From Octopus sinensis (lineage: Eukaryota), in contig NC_043001.1 in NCBI RefSeq assembly GCF_006345805.1, forward strand, positions 24,242,001 to 24,306,000: DNA of 64,000 nucleotides. Direction: 5' to 3'. Below are positions 52,280 to 64,000 of this stretch, piece after piece. The notes beneath the pieces were generated by a model, which made no database searches, was not told where the DNA came from, and saw only the letters and a program-made list of their open reading frames with translations. Positions within the stretch are counted from its first letter, which is position 1. Every line of letters starts with the position of its first letter. A program made the position numbers and the translations under genes.

Positions 52280-53750
52280 GAATGGGAAATTCCATGTTTG
52301 TAGTAGGAAACCTTTTAGATGTGGGCATTGACTATATACTTCTTTCCTGAAGTTTAAACAGGGGCTTCATGCTGAGGGAGTTTTTTTTAGGATTCTTGCC
52401 TTCTCTGCTAAGCAAAGCTCACATCATTTGCTCCCATTTATATAAGTCTCCAATTGTTCAAGGAGCTTCCATTTAATTATGGGGTTCGTTCCTCTTTAAG
52501 CACCATATGTGGCTGCCAGGAACATGATGTTGCACCTTTCTGGTATCCTAAAAGAGAACTTATGGTTGTTCAGACATTGCTTAAATGGGGATGTTGATGT
52601 ATTGAAGTTTTTGTGTCTGTGTATTGGATGTGCTACCACAACTGATGTTTCTTTTATAAGCACTCAGTCTAATGCTATTGTTGTTGCTGAAGTTGCTGTC
52701 AGTGCTGATAGTACTGGATATGATTTTTGGTGGTTCTGTTGCTGCTGGCATAGCAGCCAATACCAGCCATTTCCAGCCGCAATGTCAGTGTTGCTGCTGC
52801 TATCATAACTGTCATAATTGTTGTCTCTGCTGCTTGATGTGCTGTTGCTACCATTGCTACTATTTGTCATTGCTGCTGTTGTCAGCAGATACATCATTAC
52901 GGCTTAGGTTGTTACTCAGGCCACCAGCATTGCCAATGCCATTGTTGTTATTGCTGTTGTTGTCAGTGGATGTGTCATTGCTGCTTAAGCTGTTACTCTG
53001 GTTGCTAGTGCTAGCTACAACCTCAGTCTTATACATGACCCCCCCTTGGCTTTGCATCGACCCCACCACTGAGTGATTATTGTATGCCCTACATGAACAT
53101 CCTCTGCTTGTGGTTTAGGGGTGATCATTAAAATTTTCTTAATGTTGGGCATGCAACTGAAGGATACCCTTGAGTTGTCCCTATTAAACAAATGTCCATA
53201 TTTGTGTGATTGTGTGAAGTGTTTGTCCACCAATCTAAGGAATATTCTTCCCCCATAAGTTTTAATGTTGAAAGAGAAGAGTAGGGCAAACCAAACATCA
53301 TTATGGTGGAACTTGTTGTTTTGCAGCTTATAAGAGATGCAGTCCTTAAACACACTGAATGCCTGAGCTTAGTTGTAATAAGGGGCGGCAGTATCAAAAT
53401 CTCTTGACTTGAGGACAGGTTCAAAATTCTCTTGCTAGCACTTGAGGACAGGTTCAAAATTCTCTTGCTAGCACCATTCACTAGGTTTCTGAACATGATA
53501 GGCGGGTAGCAGGAGGCTGTGTTGATGTAGGACATCTTCTTGTTTGGTTTGCAGTAGGGTCTGTTAGAAGAGATGTTCAGGTCTTATGTAACATCTCGAT
53601 TTTTACCTTGGTCTCGATTTTTGCCTTGAGCCCCATGGAGCTAAGGGTGCTAATTAGGTCCTTCCTGAGCCTATTGAGGGTATGCCCATTAGCTCTCCAG
53701 AGATGGCCAGAGCACCATCTCTGTAGAGACCAAAGAGAACTGAAGGGAAC
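52280..53750 (-). mobile_element. Degraded Penelope-like element (RT C-half plus GIY-YIG endonuclease)
   Basis: Minus strand: LYRD(G)ALAI...NGHTLNRLRKDLI; YINTASCYPP; VWF...NIKTYGGRIFLRLVDKHF...FNRDNSRVSFSCMPNIKKI; CSCR...GVMYKTEV; PFKQCLNNHKFSF...HIW.LK...KW.LL...C.LCLAEK. Frameshifts are present, plus an in-frame 33-bp tandem duplication at ~53408-53473. Confidence 0.85.
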
Positions 53751-55639
53751 ATCATTAAACTTTTTGCCTGGATTCTCAAGCATGACCAACTGAGACTAGA
53801 TATCCAACCATCTCATTGTTAGTCTATCCATAGGTCTCCTGTAAAGGCACGTGGTTTAGTGGTTAGGGTGTTGAACTCACAATCATAAGATTGTGGTTTC
53901 AATTCCTTGACTGGGCGATGCATTGTGTTCTTGAGCAAAGCACTTCATGTCACATTGTTCCAGTCCACTCAGCTGGCGAAAACGAGTAATCTTGCAATGG
54001 ATTGGCATCCCATCCAGGTAGGGAATTTATATGCCATGGAAACTGGAAAACCAGCCCTTATGAGTCAGCATGACTCCAGAAGGTAACTTTGCATATGTCT
54101 CCTACTAGTTGACTCAGCTTTAAGAACCTATCTTTTGATTCCTTGCTGCCACATCGTACTGGAGCTGTGATCTCTCAATGCACAGAATTAACAGCTCAAT
54201 CTGGAGAGACTCTCTGATTTCTCGCTATGCACCCTCTCAAATACTGTTACTTCAGAGATCCTCCCGAGGAACTCCATTTCAGCTCATTGTAGTCATGACC
54301 GTACACTTTTGGTTATTGTTCAAACATATTAACAGAGTAAATTCAACCACAGCAATGCATAAAAAAATCACAGAAGGATTTCCAAAGCTAATTTGGTCAG
54401 AAGCTTACTTTTGGTCATCATTCTAGGAAAGCGTTTGTCTAAGAGAAATCCTTTGTGGAATTTTCTTTAAAAGAAGGAAGACTCACAAATGACAGCAAAT
54501 AAGCAGGAAGCACCTTTAATAATGGCAATTGGATTAGAAGGGTCTGTCATCCCAATGAATAGTTCACTGCATGCACACACATACACACATGCACACACAT
54601 ACACACATGCACACACACATACATACACATATGCACGTACACATGCATGCACACATACACACATGCACATACACACAAATGTACATATATATCATCTACA
54701 CATACATATGCATACAATATACTCTATAGATGTGCATATATATGTATCATGTATATATTTATATGAGTTTGTGTGTGTGAGAGAGAGAGAGAGACATGTA
54801 TATGAGTCACAACCAATCAACTAATTGGATACATTGAGTGTTTCTTACTGATTTAAAGGTTTGACTTTCATACCTATTCACTGCTTCAGCCATGTGTCCA
54901 TCACTAATAGGGTTTAAAATGGCTTTTCTCTGTACATCAGACATAAATTTGATGTAGCTTGGCACTGCCAGCAATGGGGACAGTGCATAAATGATGGGGT
55001 TTTATGTCAAAGTGAAACCAATATCCAACTTACAAGATATAATTTACCAGATGACAAAATGGCTGAATGGTTAGAATGTCAGAGAGAATGACTTGTAGTA
55101 TTTGTTGTTATTCTCAACACTATGAGTTCAAATCCCACTATGGTCAAATTTACCTTTCATCTTTTAAGGGTCGATATAACATTATGAGTTCAAATCCAAC
55201 CATGGTCGAATTTGCCTTTCATCCTTTAAGGGTCAATAGATAGGTAGATAGACAGGTAGGTAGGCAGGCAGGTAGACAGACAGACAGACTGACAGATAGA
55301 AGCAGGTTTGGTAGAAGAAACAGGAAGAATAGAACTCAATATTTTGGTAAGTGCCATGCATAGACTCTTGACCTTTGAGTTCCTTTTGTAACTTTCTTGT
55401 GAGGTGAGTCTACCAGGTGTTATATTATTCATAAGATGTATGGTTCACTGAAGACACAGGGTGCTTGAATGTTATAGGCAATGTCACAACTTCCTACCAT
55501 CTTATATAAGATGTATATATATATATAATCATCCCAAGAATATGGACTATGATTGTAAGAAATAAGTGATCTGTGGAAATGCACATAGCAATGCATTAGA
55601 ATACTTATAAATTCCATCCAAGGAATATTATTGTTGTGG

Positions 55640-55685
<46 letters not shown>

Positions 55686-55874
55686 TATTATTATTACTAT
55701 GATTATTATTATTATTACTATATTTATCCTATATTATAGCAGCACAGCTTGGTACAACCCCCAAAAAACTGCTATTGCCAGCTGATATCATAAGGATGTA
55801 GACATATAATAAAGTAGGAACATTTATGTGTGTATTCAAAAACGTTTCCCGTATGCAAAGATATATATATATAT

Positions 55875-56040
55875 AGGCGCAGGAGTGGCTGTGTGGTAAG
55901 TAGCTTGTTTACCAACCACATGGTTCCGGGTTCAGTCCCACTGAGTGGCACCTTGGGCAAGTGTCTTCTACTATAGCCTCGAACCGACCAAAGCCTTGTC
56001 AGTGGATTTGGTAGACGGAAACTGAAAGAAGCCCATCGTA

Positions 56041-56098
<58 letters not shown>

Positions 56099-56330
56099 AT
56101 ATATATATGCATGTGTGTGTTTGTGTGTCTGTGTTTGTCCCCCTAGCATTGCTTGACAACTGATGCTGGTGTGTTTATGTCCCCGTTACTTAGCGGTTCG
56201 GCAAAAGAGACCGATAGAATAAGTACTGGGCTTACAAAAGAATAAGTCCCGGGGTCGAGTTGTTTGATTAAAGGTGGTGCTCCAGCATGGCCGCAGTCAA
56301 ATGACTGAAACAAGTAAAAGAGTAAAAGAG
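55875..56330 (+). mobile_element. Full-length SINE family A
   Basis: Head-to-tail family match. Confidence 0.9.
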
Positions 56331-56943
56331 TATATAATACAAATAAGAAAATGGAGAAGCAAATTTAGTTTGTTCATCAACTTACGGATATTATAATGTT
56401 GGATTATTTATTCATTTTGACTTTTAAAATCTGTATTTGTATTATTATCTTATCTATTGATTTATATAACATTTTCTACGCTTTTGATTTTCTAATTTGT
56501 AAAATGAATAAATAATCTAACATTATAATATCCACAAGTTGATGAACAAACCAAATTTGTTTCTCCATTTTCTTATTTGTATTATGAATTTACGGTAAAA
56601 ATATTTCTTTACCTTCACCCGTTTAATACAATAAATGAATTAATTGCATTGCAATTAAAAACATTTATATATTAAGAATTTGGGTACTTTACCAACAGTA
56701 TATTGGATAAATGATATCCCATAGTGGGTTACACCAATAACCCCTATCTTACTTTGTACTATATATATATGAAGATAGATTGATATAATAGGTGTAGGAG
56801 TGGCTGTGTGGTAAGTAGCTTGCTTACGAACCACGTGGTTCCAGGTTCAGTCTCACTGCATGGCACGTTGGGCAAGTGTCGTCTACTATAACCTCAGGCT
56901 GACCAAAGCCTTGTCAAACGGAAACTGAAAGAAGCCCGTCGTA

Positions 56944-56981
<38 letters not shown>

Positions 56982-57830
56982 TGTGTGTGTTTGTGTGTCT
57001 GTGTTTGTCCCCCTAGCATTGCTTGACAACTGATGCTGGTGTGTTTATGTCCCCGTTACTTAGCGGTTCGGCAAAAGAGACCGATAGAATAAGTACTGGG
57101 CTTACAAAAGAATAAGTCCCGGGGTCGAGTTGTTTGATTAAAGGTGGTGCTCCAGCATGGCCGCAGTCAAATGACTGAAACAAGTAAAAGAGTAAAAGAG
57201 TATATAATACAAATAAGAAAATGGAGAAGCAAATTTAGTTTGTTCATCAACTTACGGATATTATAATGTTGGATTATTTATTCATTTTGACTTTTAAAAT
57301 CTGTATTTGTATTATTATCTTATCTATTGATTTATATAACATTTTCTACGCTTTTGATTTTCTAATTTGTAAAATGAATAAATAATCTAACATTATAATA
57401 TCCACAAGTTGATGAACAAACCAAATTTGTTTCTCCATTTTCTTATTTGTATTATGAATTTACGGTAAAAATATTTCTTTACCTTCACCCGTTTAATACA
57501 ATAAATGAATTAATTGCATTGCAATTAAAAACATTTATATATTAAGAATTTGGGTACTTTACCAACAGTATATTGGATAAATGATATCCCATAGTGGGTT
57601 ACACCAATAACCCCTATCTTACTTTGTACTATATATATATGAAGATAGATTGATATAATAGGTGTAGGAGTGGCTGTGTGGTAAGTAGCTTGCTTACGAA
57701 CCACGTGGTTCCAGGTTCAGTCTCACTGCATGGCACGTTGGGCAAGTGTCGTCTACTATAACCTCAGGCTGACCAAAGCCTTGTCAAACGGAAACTGAAA
57801 GAAGCCCGTCGTATATATGTATATATATAA
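56101..57830 (+). repeat. Tandem duplication, 870-bp period
   Basis: 56101-56960 recurs at 56971-57830 with no differences spotted (for example ggtgtaggag at 56791 and 57661). Confidence 0.9.
56335..56585. repeat. Fold-back unit with ~85-bp arms (duplicated at 57205-57455)
   Basis: tataatacaaataagaaaatggagaagc...ttattcatttt versus aaaatgaataaat...ttctccattttcttatttgtatta. Confidence 0.85.
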
Positions 57831-59113
57831 ATATATATAACAGCGGTGCATCAGCATGGCCGCAGCTCTGAGCTGAAACTAGAGAGAAAATATATGTGTG
57901 TGTATACGTTTGTGTGTCTGTGTTTGTCCCCCCCCCCCAACATCGCTTAACAACTGATGCTGGTGTGTTTACATCCCCATAACTTAATGGCTCAGCAAAA
58001 GAGACCGATAGAATAAATACTAGGCTTACAAAGAATAAGTCTTGGGGTCGATTTACTTGACTAAAGGCAGTGCTCCCACATGGCCACAGTCATATGACTG
58101 AAACAAGTAAAAGAATAGATAGATAGATAGATAGATAGATATAGATAGATAGATAGATAGATAGATCGATAGATAGATAGATAGACAGATAGACAGATAA
58201 TCACCATCATCATCATTGTTTAATGTTCACCTTCCATGCTGGCATGGGTTGGATGGTTTGATAGGAGCTGGCTAGACAGGGGCCTGTACCAGACTTCCAT
58301 ATCTGTTTCAGCAGGGTTTTTACAGCTGGATACCCTTCCTTAAACTAACCACCCAGCAGAGTGGACTGAGTGCTTTTTATGTGATGCAAGCACAAGTGAG
58401 ATCAGTTTTGGCCAAGTTTTAACAGCTGGATAGCCTTCCAAATGCCAACCACTTTCCAGTATGGACTGGATGCTTTTTTGCATGGCACCAACACTGGCAG
58501 AGTCACAAAGTAACTTGCAAGACAAACATCCTTTGAGAGAGAGGGCAGGGGCATTGAAGGAGGTGATCTTGTGTCAGATAATGAAAGATTATAGTGAGAC
58601 AGAGTGACAAACAGGTGTCTTTCTGTAGAAGAGCTACATGGTTACCCAGCCAGAGAGAGAGAGAGAGAGAGAGAGAGTGCTATCAGGAATGAGGACAGAA
58701 ACAGGTGTGCTGCTGTAAAGGAGATACATGGTTACCCAGCCTGAGGGAGGAGCATGAGAAAGAGAAGGAGACTGGGAGACAGCAAGAGTGTAAGAGAGCA
58801 GGAGAGAGATGGTGGCAGAGTGATAAGCATACTCACAAAGGACAGGGATCAGAATATAAATAGGATGGTTGAGTAAATGAAGAGAGAGATAGATGGTGGC
58901 AGGTATCAGAGCATACTCTTGGGGTATGGATGTAATAATAAAAGTAGCAGGACACTGCCAAGGAAACATGAGTAGAGAGTGGGAGTGGGGAATGCACTGA
59001 CTGGTCAAAACCTGGGTATATAAAGGTGGTGGTGGGTCTACCGACTAGCAATGATACAGTGAATAAGGCTATGAGAGCAGGACTGGAGAGTGATAATCCT
59101 TTCTACTATAGGC

Positions 59114-59310
59114 TCAAGGCCTGAAATTTGTGGGAGGGCTGAAATTTGTGGGAGGCCTGAAATTTGTTGGAGGGCTGAAATTTGTGGGTGGGCTGAAATT
59201 TGTAGGAGAGCTGAAATTTGTGGGAAGGCTGAAATTTGTGGGTGGCCTGAAATTTGTGGGTGACCTGAAATTTGTGGGGGGCCTGAACTTTGTGGGAGGA
59301 AATTTGTGGC
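59114..59310. repeat. 18-bp minisatellite (ggnctgaaatttgtggga), ~11 units
   Basis: Direct inspection. It is embedded in the tail of a minus-strand SINE-B (~59100-59465). Confidence 0.95.
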
Positions 59311-59473
59311 TAGTCAATTACATCAATCCCAGTGCTTGACTGGAACTTAATCCATCGACTCCAAAAGGAAGAAAGGCGACGTCAACCTTGGTGGAATTTG
59401 ATGAACCTAAAGATTGACAAAATGCCACTAGACATTTTTCCCAGTGTGTGAATGATTCTGCCATCTTGCCTGT

Positions 59474-60005
59474 ATCTCTTATATAAAATCCATTCTGTCT
59501 GTCTGTGTGTGCGTCTTCTAGGATCTCGGGCATCTTCCATCTGATTGTGCTCAAATTTGATATGTAGATACTGACGGTTTCAGGGCATGTATAAGTCTTG
59601 AAAAAAATTACAAAAATTGATTCCAGGTGAGAATGCGATTGATAGGTCCTGCTTTTCTTCCGTCAACCTGTACAGAACTGCACCTTCCATTTTTTGTTGT
59701 TTTTGTACTGCTTAAAGGCACGTTTCTTTCCTGCCAAGCTTACTGTTTAAACCATGTTTGTGTTCTCCCAGTCAACAGCCTTATCATTACTGGTACTTTA
59801 AACTCTTAGGGTTGCATATTTGTGTGAATAAAATCGTTTTTCTTTGGGATAGAAAAAAGTCTATCTTTATTTCTTCTTTTGATGGTGTCTCTAATTTAGG
59901 TCAAATCAGTGTTTCTCAAAGGGGAGGCCTATGGGACAGTCGGACAAGTTGTTTTGAGAAAATTTGGTTTAAATGTTTGACAACTCAGCACCGTCCATTG
60001 GACAG
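59474..60005 (+). mobile_element. Second copy of the putative Helitron 5' portion, with ~200 bp of extra internal sequence
   Basis: Matches 31412-31747 on both sides of ~59645-59858. Confidence 0.5.
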
Positions 60006-60372
60006 GGGGCGTTTTGCTCGTATATATGGAGACAACAACCAATATGCTCATGTGGTATCCTTGAACAATTGTCAAGATTTCTCTTTATATGAAACCATTG
60101 GTAGCTCTGGTAAATCACAAAAAAAAATATTTATCCACCAATGCTGTGTTGAGCATTCTTTATTCTCACTGTTAAATATTGTGTGTATTGGTTCTGGTGT
60201 CACATAAAAAGCATCCAGTACACTCTGTGAAGTAGCTGCCTTTAGGAAGGGCATCTAGCTGTAGAGACATGCCAGGACTGACAAGGGAGCATGATGTGCC
60301 CCCTGGCCTTAACAGCTCCGATTAAACCATACAATACATGCCAGCACATTAAATGATGATGATGATTTTATA

Positions 60373-60403
<31 letters not shown>

Positions 60404-60830
60404 CTATATATATAAAGGCAAGCAGTGTTAGCAGTTTAAATAACCAACTAAGGGATAAAATATCCGTATATACTATCGGTATCAGTTATCTGTGTTATCT
60501 CTGGGCATGGGTATGCTGGCACACTATGCTCAGAGAGTACAGGTAACAACAGAATAAACAAAAGTTTATCAGGAATCAAATTTAAATAATTAGAAAATGG
60601 AGAAAACTTTAGATCAACAAATCAATTGGACCTCATCTCTAGCTTATTATTATTTAATACAAAGCATGACATAGCATAACATTTATGTTACATAACAAAT
60701 CTTACAGCCGTTTCTGCTTCCGATGTCAGTCAGTGCTGACAAAAGAATTGCAAAGATAATATTCTTCATCTTCATTGGATATTTGAACTAGAATTTTGAA
60801 GCTTCATCAGAGTGAATATAAAAGCGATCA

Positions 60831-61025
60831 AAAAATAAACAAAATGAAGAGGGAATACAAAAGAAAACATGGCCTAGAGAAGAAGCCTGGAGGCCTGATA
60901 AATTAAAATCATACAATCTTCCATCATAGGGCTTCGAAGTCAGTTGGCTAATTTATTAAGGCCTCCAGGGTTCTTCTCTAGGCCATGTTTTCTTTCGTAT
61001 TCCCTCTTCATTTTGTTTATTTTTT
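60831..61025. repeat. Fold-back unit with ~75-bp arms
   Basis: aaaaataaacaaaatgaagagggaatac.aaagaaaacatggcctagagaagaa.cctggaggcc versus its reverse complement at 60949-61025. Confidence 0.9.
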
Positions 61026-61447
61026 TTATGCTTTTGTATGCTTTTGTATTCACTCATATATATATATATATATATATACATATACACACACACACACATA
61101 TATACACACACATACATATACACATATATGTATATACAAACACACATATACACATATATGTATGATATACTTATATTATATATATATATACACACACACA
61201 CACACATATATAATATATTTATATATATAAATATATACACACACACACGCACACAGACATATATAATATATTTATATTATATATATATATTATATATATA
61301 TATATATATTTGGTAAATAATAGCAGAAATATCGTAATATATTCAATGTTTGCTACAATAATGATGGTACCCCAGCATGGCCACAGACTTTGGGATGAAA
61401 CGCGAAAAAGTAAAAAAAAATAATGTAAAAAGTATACATTGCATACA

Positions 61448-61512
<65 letters not shown>

Positions 61513-62139
61513 AGGGGGAGAGAGAGAGAGAGAGATAATAATTATTCCTCTGCGTTATTGAATCAAACGTCAAATGTATATATGTATACATAAACATTCA
61601 TTCACACACACGTTCATTCATCCATATATATGTGTGTGTATACTTCCTCAGCCATTTACCCATGCTTTCATCGATGTGAAATTCAGGGAGGAAATTTCGG
61701 ATATTTGCATATAGAAGAAATTGTTTATACCGCTGGATAGTCTTGTTTCTATAACGCTCATCCTCACACATTCAATAGAACAGTACAACTTGTCAGTTAG
61801 CCAATGTAAGAAGCAGAGTTATTCCCCTTAGTCCATGGGCATTGCGATGGGTACAGACATTTTTCTATAACTTGTTATATACAAAATCACTTAATAATTT
61901 TGTCTATTCCGGTTCTTCACCCTGTGCTGCACTGTGTTATCCGTCGCCATTCATTTTTAGACTTATAATTATTAATTTGCAGCATAAACATACACCCACA
62001 AATCCATAAAGAAAGTGTGTAGTTAATTGAATTCATCCCAGTATGTGTCGTTTTAACACAAAGATTTCCTTGAAGATTGCCTATCAACAAAGGCATTCCA
62101 GCCATGACCATACAGTGTATACTATATATATATATATAT

Positions 62140-62648
62140 ATCTGTGCAGGTGGCACATAAAAAGCACCATTTATTTGAGCATGGCTGTTGCCAGTGCTGC
62201 CTGACTGGCCCTTGTGCCGGTGGCACGTAAAAGCACCTACTACACTCTCAGAGTGGTTGGCGTTAGGAAGGGCATCCAGCTGTAGAAACTCTGCCAGATC
62301 AAGATTGGAGCCTGGTGCAGCCATCTTGTTCGCCAGACCTCAGTCAAATCGTCCAACCCATGCTAGCATGGAAAGTGGACGTTAAATGATGATGATGTGT
62401 ATATATATATGTTTAATAAGGTGGCGAGCTAGCAGACACGTTAGTGTGCCGGGCAAAATGCTTAGCGGTATTTCGTCTGCCGTTATGTTCTGAGTTCAAA
62501 CTCCGCCAAGGTTGACTTTGCCTTTCATCCATTTGGGGTCGATAAATAAAGTACCATTTTCACACTGGAGTCGATGTAATCGACTTAATCCCTTTGTCTG
62601 TCCTTGTTTGTCCCCTCTATGTTTAGCCCCTTGTGGGCAATAAAGAAA
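62140..62648 (+). mobile_element. RTE 3' end (62140-62397) followed by a full SINE-B (62418-62648)
   Basis: Family matches as above. Confidence 0.85.
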
Positions 62649-64000
62649 TATATATATGTATATTTATATTGGCTATACATCATCCCAACTACATCGCCCA
62701 GCATGTCTTTTAATTTTTAAAACAGTAGGTTTTGTTTTGAAGGGGATTTGGTTTCAGTTTCGAGCAGGTTTCAAGACCACTTATCGGTTTCCTTGTTGAG
62801 TTCACTCACTGGCATCGATTTTGTCAAAGCCAACAAGTGTGGCTGTGCGATTAAGAAGCTTGCTTCTCAGCCGTGTGGTCTCAATTCGGTCTCCCTGCAT
62901 GGTACCTAGGGTGAAAGTATTTTTCCTAGCTGTAGAAACTCTGCCAGATCACATTGGAGTCTGGTGCAGCCATCTTGTTTGCCAGGTCGACTTTGCCCTT
63001 CATCCCTTTGGCGTCAAATCGTCCAACCCATGCTAGCATGGAAAGCGGACGTTAAACGATGATGATGATGATGCCCTGATCTAAACAAAGCCTTGTGAAT
63101 GAAATGGAAACTGAAAGAAGATCACTGTGTGCATGTGCATATGTTTTTGTATGTGTGTGTCTGTGTGTGTGTGATATATGTTTGTGCATAGCCTTGTTTT
63201 GACCTCATGTGATCTTGCTCATTTCCAATCTTCCATGAGAAAAATGTATAGTCATGGGAAATATTGCCTTGCTTGAAAACAGGTGAGGGTTGGTGATAGG
63301 AAGAGCATCCAGGCATAGAAAGTCTGCTTCAGCAAATTCCATCCAACTCCATGCGAGCATAGAAAAGTGGACACTAAACGAGCGATGGTAATGAACATTG
63401 ACATGAAGGTGGAACGATGATATACTTTGATATTAGTAACAAGAGTAGTAAAATCTGAAATTGTAAAGTTTCGAATCATTAATTGCAACACCATTTAGTC
63501 ACTGCAGCTCTGCCTACCAATAATACAAGCAAGAGTCCTGCTGACAATATCAGAACACACAGCACTCAAAATTTGTTATATTTCATTCTGATTCTTTTAT
63601 TAATTCTTTGATTGCTTTTACTCAGTAAACTGTGGCCATGCTGTGGCACCGCTTTGAAGGGTTTTTATTGATTATATCAACGTCAGTATTTATTTGTGCC
63701 TGGTGCTTTCATTCTATCGATTTCTATTATTGAACCAATTATTTGTTATATGTAGACACAGGTATAGCTGTTGGCAAGAGAAAATGAAAAAAATAAGTAC
63801 AGGTGTCAAGCTGTTTGATGAAACCTTCAATGTGGTGCCACTGCATGGTTGCAATCTAATGATAGAAACAAGTAAAAAGCTGTAAGGCAGAAGATGTCTC
63901 ATCTCGAATCTGTCATATTTCCTCCACTTGTCACCTCTGTTATTATGCAGGTGTGGCTGTGTGGTAAGGAGTTTGCTTCCCAACCACATAGTTCCAGGTT

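Noticed and set aside
55875-55945. tRNA genes at SINE heads
   Set aside because: A/B-box-like motifs run directly into SINE bodies, and no complete cloverleaf could be folded.
59114-59339. CRISPR-like array or repeat protein
   Set aside because: Contiguous 18-bp units without unique spacers, no cas genes, and derived from a SINE tail.

Overview
AT-rich eukaryotic genomic DNA packed with (TA)n/(CA)n/(CAT)n microsatellites, tRNA-derived SINEs, RTE and CR1 LINE remnants, Penelope-like elements (PLEs), MITEs and mariner relics. The repeat repertoire suggests an octopus/cephalopod genome (inference). The window looks largely intronic. Only one host coding exon is well supported (50166-50274, + strand, predicted helical peptide recalling F-BAR-like N-termini of invertebrate STAC-like proteins). 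Almost all ORFs in the supplied track are microsatellite or TE artefacts. The most interesting signal is a set of small (TA)n-bounded units, several carrying type I hammerhead ribozyme (HHR) folds: one apparently intact at 13674-13739 (- strand) inside a 511-nt-period repeat, and four more degraded candidates. Several of these units occur as fold-back inverted pairs, consistent with PLE terminal repeats or retrozyme-like elements. Also notable: a candidate recursive splice site, nested MITEs with a non-canonical TTAT target, an 870-bp tandem duplication with breakpoints inside SINE microsatellites, and a minisatellite born from a SINE tail. All alignments and folds were done by eye, and many element boundaries are approximate.
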